Shown: piece by piece, positions 9,263 through 19,029 of the stretch
How positions within the stretch are numbered: position 1 is the first letter of the stretch
Layout: the number at the start of each line of letters is the position of its first letter
DNA from: an uncultured delta proteobacterium
GTDB lineage: Bacteria > Desulfobacterota > RBG-13-43-22
DNA: 64,000 bases
Assembly: GCA_963843145.1 (NCBI GenBank)
Contig: CAWJJC010000005.1
Location: forward strand, 172,595 to 236,594
Reading direction: 5' to 3'
Notes under the pieces: generated by a model
Seen by the model: only the letters and a program-made list of their open reading frames with translations
Told to the model about the DNA's origin: nothing
The model's database searches: none
Made by a program: the position numbers and the translations under genes

Positions 9263-10432
9263 ATGAAAAAGGCACTTAGGATCGTTATGGTTATGGTGAT
9301 GGCCCTGGGCGTCTATCAGGTCAGCCAGGCCCAACAGACTTACACCTTGGGGGCGGTTCATCCTTTTACCGGCCGGTTTGCCTTCGCCGGCATCATGGGG
9401 CAAGACGGCATGAAAGACGCCGTGGACATGGCCAATGAGGCCGGGGGCATCAACGGGAAAAAACTGCAGTATTTCTGGAAAGACGGCGAATACAAGGATG
9501 ACGTGGGGATCGCCGCTTTCAAGAGCCTCTATGCCCAGTACAAGCCCCAGATCATGTGGGGCCAGAGCACGGGTATGACCAAGGCCCTGGGGCCGGAAAT
9601 CAAGGATCGTTATAAGGTGCTCTACTCGGCCTACACCTTTGCCGACGTAGCAGCCAATCCTAAGGAAAACCCCTATCTGTTTATTCCCGGTCCGACCTAT
9701 GCCGAACAATTCGCCGTACTGCTCAATTACATTGCCAAACGAAAACCCGGGGCCAACGTCGCCTTCTTTTACGGCGACTATGAATTCGGCCGGGAGCCCA
9801 TACCCTTTGCCCGGGAGTACGCCAAGAAACTGGGTTTGAAGGTTGTGGCCGAAGAAGTGACCAAGGCGGGCGGGGTGGACGTGACCACAAATATCCTGGA
9901 CATGAAGCAGAAAAACGTGGAATTCTGCATCTTCCAAGGTTATATCGCCGATCCCATCCAGAACGTCATCAAGCAGTCCAAGGATTACGGGTTAAAATGC
10001 CAGTTCATGGGCACTTTCTGGTCCACGGAAAAGCAGCTTCTTGACCTGTTGGGTCCCCTGGCCGATGAATACATCGGAGTGACCGCCTATTCCTTTTACT
10101 ATCAGGACCAGTACCCGATGATCAAAAAGATTCGGGAATGGACTCAGAAGCACAATCCCAAACAGGCAGAATACCGCACTCAAGCCTATATGCAGGTTTT
10201 CATGGGCACTACTTTGATGATCGAGGCCCTCAAGCGGGCGGACAAGGCCGGCCCGGTGACCGGGGAAAGTTTGGTCAAGGCCCTTCAGTCCATCAAAAAT
10301 TTCGATGTGGGCGGGTTGATGCCGCCGGTGACCATCAAGGGTAATAGCATCCCCGTAGGGCGGGTCGTGCGCGGGAACTCCAAAACTCACCGCTTTGACC
10401 CCATCACGGATTGGATCATTCTGGACCTGTAA
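9263..10432 (+). CDS. HAAT ABC transporter substrate-binding protein (LivK/J-like)
   Basis: Signal peptide ending SQA, PFTGRFA, ANEAGGINGKKL, ALKRA; position in the operon. Confidence 0.9.
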   Translation: MKKALRIVMVMVMALGVYQVSQAQQTYTLGAVHPFTGRFAFAGIMGQDGMKDAVDMANEAGGINGKKLQYFWKDGEYKDDVGIAAFKSLYAQYKPQIMWGQSTGMTKALGPEIKDRYKVLYSAYTFADVAANPKENPYLFIPGPTYAEQFAVLLNYIAKRKPGANVAFFYGDYEFGREPIPFAREYAKKLGLKVVAEEVTKAGGVDVTTNILDMKQKNVEFCIFQGYIADPIQNVIKQSKDYGLKCQFMGTFWSTEKQLLDLLGPLADEYIGVTAYSFYYQDQYPMIKKIREWTQKHNPKQAEYRTQAYMQVFMGTTLMIEALKRADKAGPVTGESLVKALQSIKNFDVGGLMPPVTIKGNSIPVGRVVRGNSKTHRFDPITDWIILDL

Positions 10433-10517
10433 GGGTGTAGGGTACAGGGTTTAGGGTGTAGGGAACACGGAGGGGAATTCCCCTCAACCCTACCCCCTAC
10501 ACCCCAAACCCTCAATT

Positions 10518-12437
10518 ATGGCGAAAATGACTGAACCCATTAAAACCCTGCCCGGCCTGCTGAAACGGAATGCCCGGGAGTTCGGGCCGGATAAAGTGGC
10601 CCTGCGCGAGAAGGAATTCGGGATTTGGCAGTCCGTTTCCTGGCAGGATTATTTCGACCGGGTACGCTGCCTGGCCCTGGGGCTGGTGGAACTCGGCTAC
10701 GAGAAAGGCGATAAACTTTCGGTGATTGGAGACAACCGCCCGGAGTGGCTTTACTCGGAATTGGCCATCCAGGCCTTAGGGGGGGCCGTGGTCGGCATCT
10801 ACCCTGACAGCCACCTCGAGCAGGTCCGCTATATCATCGACCACTCCGATTCGATGTTCATCATGGTGGAGGACCAGGAACAGACCGACAAGATCTTGAA
10901 CATGATCGATGAGCTCCCCAAGGTAAAGAAAGTCATCGTGGATGACCAGAAAGGGATGCGCCGCTACGACCACCCGCTGCTCATTCCTTTCAAACAGGTC
11001 CTGGAGATGGGCCGGGAGGCCGACCGGACAGATCCCGGCCTTTTTGACCAGTTGCTGTCTCAGGTCAGCGAAGAAGACGTGGCCATGATCCTTTATACCT
11101 CGGGGACGACGGGCCTGCCCAAAGGGGTGATGCTCACCCACCGCAATATGGTCCGGATGATCGAAAACTTCGATCAGGTGGACCCGGCCTTCCCGACCGA
11201 CAACCACGTTTCTTTCCTGCCCTTGCCCTGGGTGGGCGAACAGGCCACGGCCGTGGCCTGGAACCTGTACAAGGGCGTGACCATTAATTTCCCTGAAAAA
11301 GTGGAAACCGTTTCCGTGGACATTCGGGACATTGGTCCGAACCTCCTGTTGGCGCCCCCCCGCCACTGGGAAAAGATGTGTTCAGACATCCAGGTCAAGA
11401 TCCAGGACGCGGCCTGGATCAAGCGCATTCTTTACAAAAGCTGCATGCCCGTCGGCTACCGGATGGCAGCCTTACGACTGAAAGGGACCCGACCCGGGAT
11501 CCTTTACACCCTGCTAGATAAAATGTGTTATCTGCTGCTGTTCCGTTCCCTGAAAAATTACCTGGGGCTGACTAATTTACGAAATGTCTACACTGGGGGC
11601 GCCCCCATCGGGCCGGAGGTTTTTAATTTTTTCATGGCCCTGGGCATCAACATCAAACAGCTTTACGGACAGACCGAAGTCACCGGACTGGCCGTGGGAC
11701 ACCGCAATGAAAGCGTAAAATTGAATACCGTCGGCTCCCCCATGCCGGAAGTGGAACTGAAGATATCCGATGTGGGGGAAATCCTGATCAAAGGGCCTAT
11801 CGTATTCAAAGGCTACTACAAGAACGAGGAGGCCACCCGCAAAACCCTGGACGCGGAAGGGTGGGTCCATACCGGCGATGAAGGCCTCTTGGATGAAGAC
11901 GGCCAACTCATCATGATCGACCGGCAGAAGGACGTCATGCGCCTGGGCGACGGCAGCAAATTTTCTCCTCAACTTATCGAGAACAAGCTGAAATTCAGCC
12001 CCTATATCAACGAAGCCATGGTGGTGGGCAAGGACCGCCCTTACATCGCCGCCCTGATCATCATGGATCTGGGCAACATGGGCAAGTGGGCTGAAAACAA
12101 CAAATTGACCTTTACCACCTTTACCGACCTTTCCCAGAAGCCGGAGATCTATGACCTGATCGCGGAGGAAATCCGACGAATCGACCAGTCCCTGCCCAAG
12201 GTCGCCCGGGTAAAGCGGTTCGTGATGCTCTATAAGGAATTGGATGCCGACGACGACGAGATGACCCGAACCCGTAAGCTCCGGCGGGGCTTCGTAGCCG
12301 AACGCTACGCCCATCTGATCGAGGCCCTTTACGAAGACCAGGAGGAACTGGCGGTGGAGGCCGAAATCCGCTATCAGGACGGGACTGGGTTTACTATGAA
12401 GACCCGGGTTAAAATCAAAGAGGTCCAGATCGATTGA
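10518..12437 (+). CDS. Long-chain acyl-CoA synthetase (AMP-binding)
   Basis: YTSGTTGLPKG, YGQTE, GWVHTGD, IDRQKD, MTRTRKLRR. Confidence 0.93.
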   Translation: MAKMTEPIKTLPGLLKRNAREFGPDKVALREKEFGIWQSVSWQDYFDRVRCLALGLVELGYEKGDKLSVIGDNRPEWLYSELAIQALGGAVVGIYPDSHLEQVRYIIDHSDSMFIMVEDQEQTDKILNMIDELPKVKKVIVDDQKGMRRYDHPLLIPFKQVLEMGREADRTDPGLFDQLLSQVSEEDVAMILYTSGTTGLPKGVMLTHRNMVRMIENFDQVDPAFPTDNHVSFLPLPWVGEQATAVAWNLYKGVTINFPEKVETVSVDIRDIGPNLLLAPPRHWEKMCSDIQVKIQDAAWIKRILYKSCMPVGYRMAALRLKGTRPGILYTLLDKMCYLLLFRSLKNYLGLTNLRNVYTGGAPIGPEVFNFFMALGINIKQLYGQTEVTGLAVGHRNESVKLNTVGSPMPEVELKISDVGEILIKGPIVFKGYYKNEEATRKTLDAEGWVHTGDEGLLDEDGQLIMIDRQKDVMRLGDGSKFSPQLIENKLKFSPYINEAMVVGKDRPYIAALIIMDLGNMGKWAENNKLTFTTFTDLSQKPEIYDLIAEEIRRIDQSLPKVARVKRFVMLYKELDADDDEMTRTRKLRRGFVAERYAHLIEALYEDQEELAVEAEIRYQDGTGFTMKTRVKIKEVQID

Positions 12438-12479
12438 CAAACACCATCAGCCGGACTTTTGGCGAAGATACCCAGAATA

Positions 12480-13304
12480 ATGATCCAAACTAAAAACCCT
12501 TATTCTCCCGATGAATACCAGTTGATCCTGGAGGATATTTCCCTGACCTTTGGGGGGATCAACGCCCTTTCCGGGGTCAGCACCGGGGTAAAAAAGGGAG
12601 AAATCTTCGCCATTATCGGACCCAATGGGGCCGGGAAAACCTGTATCCTCAACTGCATCAACCGCTTCTATCATCCGGACCCGGGGCGGATCCTTTTTGA
12701 GGGCCGGGAGATCACCAAGATCAAGGCCCATAAAATCGCTAAACTGGGAATCGCCCGGACCTTCCAGAATGTGGAGCTTTTCGGCCACATGACCGTTATG
12801 GACAATATTAAACTCGGACGCCATGTCCATCTGAAGTCCGGTTTTCTCTCCGGTGGGATTTATTACGGCAAAACGCGACGGGAAGAGATGGCGCTGCGGA
12901 AAGAGATCGAGGAAACCATCATCGATCTGTTGGAAATCGAGGCTATCCGCAAACGGACCGTCCATACCCTGCCTTACGGGCTGCAGAAGCGGGTGGAGCT
13001 GGCTCGGGCCTTGGCCATGAAGCCCAAGCTGCTCCTGCTGGACGAACCGGCCACCGGCATGAACCTGGAGGAAACGGAAGACATGGCCCGCTTCATCCTG
13101 GACATCAACGATGAATGGGGAGTGACCATTATCCTGATCGAACACGACATGGGTATGGTTATGGACATCAGCGACCGGATCTGCGTCCTCGATTTCGGGC
13201 GCAAAATTGCCGAGGGTCCTCCCCAGGAAATCCGGCACCATCCGCAGGTCATTCAGGCTTATCTGGGCGAAGAAACGCTGGCCTATTCGCGGTTGGGCGC
13301 CTGA
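12480..13304 (+). CDS. livG: HAAT ABC transporter ATP-binding protein, LivG-like
   Basis: GPNGAGKT, ARTFQN, LPYGLQKRVELARAL, LLLDEP, IEHDM, AYLG. Confidence 0.93.
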   Translation: MIQTKNPYSPDEYQLILEDISLTFGGINALSGVSTGVKKGEIFAIIGPNGAGKTCILNCINRFYHPDPGRILFEGREITKIKAHKIAKLGIARTFQNVELFGHMTVMDNIKLGRHVHLKSGFLSGGIYYGKTRREEMALRKEIEETIIDLLEIEAIRKRTVHTLPYGLQKRVELARALAMKPKLLLLDEPATGMNLEETEDMARFILDINDEWGVTIILIEHDMGMVMDISDRICVLDFGRKIAEGPPQEIRHHPQVIQAYLGEETLAYSRLGA

Positions 13305-13441
13305 TTGCAGGCCAAAGGATCGAGGAACAAGGATAAGAGATGACCACACGGGTTTCGCTGATGTTTCGATTCAGAATCGGCTCTTTGCCCTTCCTCCTGA
13401 CTCCTTTACCCTTTATCCTCGAACCTTAAACCGGTTTTTTT

Positions 13442-14245
13442 ATGGAACCTTTACTGGTCGTCAACAACATCGAGGTCATCTACCATAACGTCATCCTGGT
13501 CTTGAAAGGGCTTTCCCTGCAGGTCCAGGAAGGTCAGATCGTGACCGTCCTGGGCAGCAACGGGGCCGGGAAGACCACCACCCTCAAAGCCATCTCCGGC
13601 TTGCTGAAGTCCGAAGACGGGGCCGTAACCGACGGGAGCATCACCTTCCTGGGTCAGCGAATCGACCGCCTCTACCCCGAGCAGATCGTCCGGAGAGGCA
13701 TTTTCCAGGTCATGGAAGGCCGCCGGGTTTTCGACGAATTGAATATCGAGGAAAACCTGATCGCCGGGGCCCACACCAATAAGAATAAAAAGAAGATGAA
13801 AGACGACATCGAGGTCGTTTACCACTACTTCCCCCGGTTAAAGCAGCGCCGCACCGTTCAGGCCGGCTATATCAGCGGCGGGGAGCAGCAGATGCTGGTC
13901 ATCGGCCGCTGTCTCATGGCCAACCCCAAACTGATGCTGCTGGACGAACCCTCCATGGGCCTGGCCCCCTTGTTGGTGGCCGAGATCTTCGAGATCATCA
14001 AGCGGATCAACCGGGAGCGGGGGGTGACCATCCTGCTGGTGGAACAGAATGCCCGTCTGGCCCTCTCCATTGCCCACCACGGGTACGTGATGGAAACCGG
14101 AAGGATCGTCCTCGACGACACGGTGGAGAAACTAAGGGAAAACGCCGACATCAAAGAATTTTATCTCGGTCTGACCGAGGTGGGGAAAACCAAAAGCTAC
14201 CGGGACGTGAAGCATTATAAGCGCCGCAAGCGCTGGCTGGCCTAA
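13442..14245 (+). CDS. livF: HAAT ABC transporter ATP-binding protein, LivF-like
   Basis: GSNGAGKTT, ISGGEQQML, LLDEPSMGLAP, VEQNA. Confidence 0.94.
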   Translation: MEPLLVVNNIEVIYHNVILVLKGLSLQVQEGQIVTVLGSNGAGKTTTLKAISGLLKSEDGAVTDGSITFLGQRIDRLYPEQIVRRGIFQVMEGRRVFDELNIEENLIAGAHTNKNKKKMKDDIEVVYHYFPRLKQRRTVQAGYISGGEQQMLVIGRCLMANPKLMLLDEPSMGLAPLLVAEIFEIIKRINRERGVTILLVEQNARLALSIAHHGYVMETGRIVLDDTVEKLRENADIKEFYLGLTEVGKTKSYRDVKHYKRRKRWLA

Positions 14246-14344
14246 AACTGTTGTGATTCGTTTTGATTCCGCCCCCCTCACCAGGGCCATAACCAGCCCA
14301 GACCAGAAAAAAGAGCAACCGGCCAGGGTGATCAGGCTGAATCC

Positions 14345-14590
14345 GGAATAGGTGGTTTACCGAAATTTGACCAGGAAGGAGAGGCGAAGTCGTTGGTCAG
14401 GTCGCCAATTAGATTCGCAAGGGGCTGGCGGCCGTCCCGTTAATCGACATTGCATAGAGGCGAGCGAACGCCCCGGTATACCGTCCGGGCCGACCTGGGA
14501 TGGCGGTGATCGTACTTGGCACGGCAATAGGCCAGACGATGATCACAATGACCACATCAGTTCAATCGGAAAACTGGGTCAACTTTTCAT
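14345..14590 (-). pseudogene. Degenerate third pilin copy (many small deletions)
   Basis: Colinear blocks shared with 14751-15098, e.g. TTTGACCAGGAAGGAGAGGCGAAG, GGCCGTCCCGTTAATCGA, AACGCCCCGGT, ACGGCAATAG, ATCAGTTCAATC. No open frame. Confidence 0.8.
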
Positions 14591-14691
14591 TCGCCCCATG
14601 ATGGTAAAGCAGTCCCTAGAATAAGGGGTATTTTCCACCTGGCGCCAACAGAATGGAAACCAAATGGAAGGCCCGCAGCGAATAAAAGAAC

Positions 14692-14730
14692 AAAAAGAAA
14701 AGGGGCCTCCAGTTGACCCTGAAGGCCCTT
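14692..14730 (-). terminator. Intrinsic terminator after the pilin genes
   Basis: Minus strand AAGGGCCTTCAG-ggtcaa-CTGGAGGCCCCT followed by a T-rich tract. Confidence 0.75.
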
Positions 14731-14750
14731 CGAAAAGGTGATAAACGGGT

Positions 14751-15098
14751 TTAGTTGGCGGTTATCGTGGCCGGGGTAGTCCAGGTCCAGGTATAGGTGG
14801 TTGTACCGATCAATTTTGACCAGGAAGGAGAGGCGAAGGTCAGGTTGGTCGTGTCCGCCAATTGAGCATTCGCCAAGGCGGCCGTGGGGGCCGTCCCGTT
14901 AATCGAGCATTGGGCATAAGACAGCGCGGCCGCGGCCCGCAACGCCCCGGTTATCCCGTCCCGGGCCGCCAACTGGGCGCTGTCGCGCAGATCCAGGTAC
15001 TTGGGGACGGCAATAGCCGCCAGGATCCCGATGATGACGATAACGACGATCAGTTCAATCATGGTAAAACCTTGGTTGTTCTTCAATCCCTTTTTCAT
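14751..15098 (-). CDS. Type IVa pilin (MSHA-like N-terminus), probable major pilin
   Basis: Prepilin cleavage G|FTMIELIVVIVIIGILAAIAVPKY; strong SD GGAGG; terminator downstream. Confidence 0.93.
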   Translation of the reverse strand: MKKGLKNNQGFTMIELIVVIVIIGILAAIAVPKYLDLRDSAQLAARDGITGALRAAAALSYAQCSINGTAPTAALANAQLADTTNLTFASPSWSKLIGTTTYTWTWTTPATITAN

Positions 15099-15148
15099 TT
15101 TTTACTTCCTCCCTTTTTATTTTGTTTTTTTGAATTACAAATTATTGA

Positions 15149-15517
15149 TCAGGATGACGGATCGCTGATCGTGGCCGGAAACGTGTACCCCCAGGTATAT
15201 ACGGTACCGTTAATCGTTGCCTGAAAATTGTCCCCGGCCAGCGTTATTCCTCCCGGAACCTCCAAGGCCTGATATACCGAACTCGCGCTCAGCGCCCCGA
15301 CGGTGTTATTGACCGCCGCCTGGGCATAAGCCAATGAGGCCGCCGACCGCAGGTTCGAGGTCATCCCGTCCCGAACGGAACGCTGGGCTTGGGCCTGTAA
15401 ATCCATAAACCGGGGTACGGCTATGGCGGCTAAAATCCCGATAATTACGATCACCACGATCAGTTCGATCATGGTGAACCCCTGATCGAAGCAGCCATTT
15501 TTCTGTTTCAAGGCCAT
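15149..15517 (-). CDS. Type IVa pilin paralogue
   Basis: G|FTMIELIVVIVIIGILAAIAVPRF; C-terminus YTWGYTFPATI parallels YTWTWTTPATI of its neighbour. Confidence 0.92.
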   Translation of the reverse strand: MALKQKNGCFDQGFTMIELIVVIVIIGILAAIAVPRFMDLQAQAQRSVRDGMTSNLRSAASLAYAQAAVNNTVGALSASSVYQALEVPGGITLAGDNFQATINGTVYTWGYTFPATISDPSS

Positions 15518-15529
15518 TGTTTTCCATAA

Positions 15530-15545
15530 TGCAAATCAGATACCA
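15530..15545 (-). promoter_or_regulatory. Sigma-54 (-24/-12) promoter of the pilin genes
   Basis: Minus strand TGGTATCTGATTTGCA has GG-N10-GC spacing and matches TGGCAC-N5-TTGCW. Confidence 0.75.
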
Positions 15546-15670
15546 AGCCCTTCTTGATCCTTTAGACCACCAGTCCCCTTCCCTATGTCCACTTTATCGA
15601 CCCTTATCCTTACGTTCTTTAGTTTTTTTTTTGATACCTTGGCAAAAAGTCCATCAAAGAGAAATCCTCA

Positions 15671-16906
15671 CTACCTCTTGGCCATTTTGGTCAAATCCCA
15701 CATGGGCAAGAATATCCCCAAGGCCAGGAACAGGACCATGGCCCCCATGCCGATAACCAATATGGGTTCGAGCATGGATGTCAAATTTTTGACCCCATAG
15801 TCCACTTCCCGGTCGTAATAGTCCGAGACTTTACCCAGGACCCGATCCAAGGCCCCCGAGGACTCCCCGATGGCAAACATATGGTACACCAGGGGGGGGA
15901 AGACCTGGGAACGCCGCATCCGCTCCCACATATCCCCACCCTCTTTTACCCCTTCCTTGACCTCATTGACCTTCCCGGTCAAATAAGAGTTACCAAAGGT
16001 CTTGGCCGAGATATCCAGGTTCAGGATAACCGGCAGGCCACTGTTATAAAGATTCACGAAGGTCTTGACGAATCGGGACATGTAAATCTTCATGAAAAGC
16101 TGGCCGAAGACCGGGAATTGCAGTTTGATTCGATCCCACCAGAGGAGCCCTTTAGGGGTCCTCAACAAAGCCTTGAATCCGATCCAGACGCCGACCACCA
16201 ACAAGGCCACCCAATACCAGTATTCCCGAAAATAGACACTCAGGTTCATTAATATCTTTGTTGGCAGGGGCAGGTCCAGCTTTGAGGACTTGAAGATCCC
16301 CATGAACTTGGGAACAATAAAGGTAACCGCCAGCACGAAGGCCCCGGCCATGGCGATGACCACAAATTTGGGATAACGGGTAGCCGACTTGATATCGGCC
16401 CGGATCTTAATCTCAAAATCCAATAAATTGGCCAGTCGCTCGAAAACGGATTCCAGGTTTCCCGAAGATTCCCCGGACTCGATCAGGCTGACGTAGAGTT
16501 CGTCAAAAACCCTGGGGAACTTGGCCATGGCCACGGATAAATTCTTGCCCTCCTTGACCTGTTCGACGATCTCCCGGATAATCTGCTGGAAGTAGGGATT
16601 GGTGGTCTGTTCCCCCATAAGGGTGAGGGAATTTTGAATGGGGACCCCGGCCCCGTAGAGGGTCCCTAATTGACGGGAAAAATAGACCAATTCCTTCAAA
16701 TTGATGGTATTTTTGTATTGATGTATCTTTCGGGACAACCAGACCATCATCGGGGGGGCTCCCTGCTCGGAGACCGGCTGAATCTGAACCGGTATATACC
16801 CCAATTCCCCTACTTTATTGGCAATGAAGGCCTTGTCACGCCCCTCCAGTTGCCCGGAGATCAGTTTGCCCGAGAGGTCCCGAGCCTTATAGGCAAAAAC
16901 CGCCAT
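15671..16906 (-). CDS. pilC: Type IV pilus/T2SS inner-membrane platform protein (PilC/MshG/GspF)
   Basis: FSRQLGTL..AGVP, GESSGNL, A-RYP, IGESSGALD, LEPIL..IFLPM. Confidence 0.93.
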   Translation of the reverse strand: MAVFAYKARDLSGKLISGQLEGRDKAFIANKVGELGYIPVQIQPVSEQGAPPMMVWLSRKIHQYKNTINLKELVYFSRQLGTLYGAGVPIQNSLTLMGEQTTNPYFQQIIREIVEQVKEGKNLSVAMAKFPRVFDELYVSLIESGESSGNLESVFERLANLLDFEIKIRADIKSATRYPKFVVIAMAGAFVLAVTFIVPKFMGIFKSSKLDLPLPTKILMNLSVYFREYWYWVALLVVGVWIGFKALLRTPKGLLWWDRIKLQFPVFGQLFMKIYMSRFVKTFVNLYNSGLPVILNLDISAKTFGNSYLTGKVNEVKEGVKEGGDMWERMRRSQVFPPLVYHMFAIGESSGALDRVLGKVSDYYDREVDYGVKNLTSMLEPILVIGMGAMVLFLALGIFLPMWDLTKMAKR

Positions 16907-17054
16907 GGTGCCTCCCCTTAACTGCTTAATATTAATAATTAATTATTTATTATTGATTATTGATTATTAAAAGAATGCCTGCTCCTTATCGCGACTATTC
17001 TCAAACTAACCCACCAAATATTGCGGCCACCCGCCCAACAAGTCGAATAACCTC

Positions 17055-18737
17055 TTACTTCGGCAATTCCCGGAGCGTCACCCGGTTCAGTTCTTCAACC
17101 GAAGTGATCCCCTTGATAACTTTGGTCACTCCATCCTCCCGCAGCGTCTTCATGCCCTGGGTACGGCGCGCGGTTTCGGCCACCAATGCGGGAGAAGCCT
17201 TTTGCAGCATCAATTCCTTGATTTCCTGATCCGCGATCAATAATTCATAGAGCCCCAGACGACCCCGATAACCGGTATTTTTGCAGAGCCGACAGCCTTT
17301 GGGCCGGTACAGGAGCAATTCCTTATTCGCAGGGAACTTTAAATCCTGTAAATTTTCCGAGGTGGCCTGATAAGGTTCCTTGCAATCCGGACAGAGCTTC
17401 CGGATCAGGCGCTGGGCCAGCACCCCCTCGACGGAGGAGGCGATTAAAAAAGGAGGGATGCCCATCTCCCCTAAACGGATCAACGTGCTGGGAGCATCGT
17501 TGGTATGGATGGTGCTGAACACCAGATGTCCGGTCAGCGCCGCCTGTACGGCAATATTGGCGGTTTCCGCGTCCCGGATTTCGCCGACCATCACGATATC
17601 GGGATCCTGTCGAAGGATGGACCGCAACCCGCCGGCAAAAGTCAGTCCGGCCTTGGGGTTGACCTGGGCCTGGCGAATACCCTGAAGCCGGTATTCTACC
17701 GGGTCCTCCAGGGTGATCACGTTTTTTTGCGGGTCATTGATGCTGTTCAGTGTTGCGTACAAGGTAGTGGTCTTACCGCTCCCGGTCGGTCCGGTCACCA
17801 GCACGAACCCGTAAGGGATATGAATCAGATAAAGAAATTTCTTGAAATCTTCCGGAAGGAAGCCCAGGTCCTCCAGGGTTAATAGGATGCTGGACTGGTC
17901 CAGGAGCCGCAAAACCACATTTTCCCCGTGAATAGTCGGAAAACTGGATACCCGAACGTCAATGTTATGACTATTAGAGGAAAAATGGAATCGGCCGTCC
18001 TGGGGGCTCCGCCGTTCGGCAATGTCCATCTTGGACATAATTTTTATTCTGGAAGTCACCGGGTTCGTATACTTGCCCTGCAAGGGCGTGGTTGCCCGGA
18101 GCATGCCGTCCACCCGGTAACGGATACGCAACTGGTTTTCTTCCGGTTCAATATGGATGTCGCTGGCCCGGTCCCGAACCGCCTCGGAAAGGATCAGGTT
18201 CACCAGTTGACTGATCGGGCCCTCTTCTATTTCTTCTTCGACCTTGCCTGAATCTTCTTCCTCGGCGCCGACCGAGTCCACCGAAGATTCATCCCGGGAT
18301 AATAACGACTGCCCATACAATTCCTCAATGGCCCGCAGGATCTCTTCTTCCAGGGCGATCACCGGTATAATAGTCAGTTTGGTTCGAATGGACAACTCGT
18401 CGATGGCCAGGATGTTGAGCGGGTCGGACATGGCTACGGTGAGCGACCGGCCATCTTCCCGGATTGGGACCAGCAGGTAATTTTCGGCCACGGTCTTCGG
18501 GACCAGCAGAATCAGTTTCTTGTCGATGGTCTGGGTGGACAAGTCAATATAAGGAATGCGCAACTGTTGAGAGAGAGTCCGCAGGATATCCTCTTCCGAG
18601 ACGAATCCCTGTCTAATCAACAGTCGGCCCAATCGTTCCCGGGTGACTTTCTGCAAGGCAATAGCCTCTTCCAACTTGCTCTTATCGATCAAGCCTGCTT
18701 CCAGCAAAATGTCGCCCAGGCGCTTCTTAGCAATCAT
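17055..18737 (-). CDS. pilB: Type IV pilus assembly ATPase (PilB/MshE/GspE) with MshEN domain
   Basis: Tandem RLGxxL..G motifs, ASDIHIEP, GPTGSGKTTTLY, LRQDPDIVMVGEIRD, TGHLVFSTIH, CxxC..CxxC. Confidence 0.95.
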   Translation of the reverse strand: MIAKKRLGDILLEAGLIDKSKLEEAIALQKVTRERLGRLLIRQGFVSEEDILRTLSQQLRIPYIDLSTQTIDKKLILLVPKTVAENYLLVPIREDGRSLTVAMSDPLNILAIDELSIRTKLTIIPVIALEEEILRAIEELYGQSLLSRDESSVDSVGAEEEDSGKVEEEIEEGPISQLVNLILSEAVRDRASDIHIEPEENQLRIRYRVDGMLRATTPLQGKYTNPVTSRIKIMSKMDIAERRSPQDGRFHFSSNSHNIDVRVSSFPTIHGENVVLRLLDQSSILLTLEDLGFLPEDFKKFLYLIHIPYGFVLVTGPTGSGKTTTLYATLNSINDPQKNVITLEDPVEYRLQGIRQAQVNPKAGLTFAGGLRSILRQDPDIVMVGEIRDAETANIAVQAALTGHLVFSTIHTNDAPSTLIRLGEMGIPPFLIASSVEGVLAQRLIRKLCPDCKEPYQATSENLQDLKFPANKELLLYRPKGCRLCKNTGYRGRLGLYELLIADQEIKELMLQKASPALVAETARRTQGMKTLREDGVTKVIKGITSVEELNRVTLRELPK

Positions 18738-19029
18738 AAACAGACGCTTCCCTATAGCTATAAACGGTACTCAAAAGAGGCCAGGTAGGCTTTCCTACAT
18801 AGCAATCCTTTATGCTCGGACTCCCATTCAGACCCCTACTATGGGGCTTACTTAGCAAAATCCATTCCAAAGATAAGCCTTACCTGGGCCTGGAAATAGA
18901 TGAATATCAATCAACTAATCGGCAGAGAGGTGCCAACCCTTTACCTCCATCGTTAATTATTTGTATGGTATCGGTGAAGTTTCATGTTATAGTCAAAATA
19001 AATCAATAAGTTCAACGAGGAAGATTCCT

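Noticed and set aside
14751-15517. Electrically conductive (e-pili) pilins
   Set aside because: Pilin 2 has 8 aromatics in 105 mature residues and Leu at position 27; both pilins are long and MSHA-like.
18800-18820. Sigma-54 promoter upstream of pilB
   Set aside because: TTGCT is present but the invariant GG at -24 with 10-bp spacing is missing.
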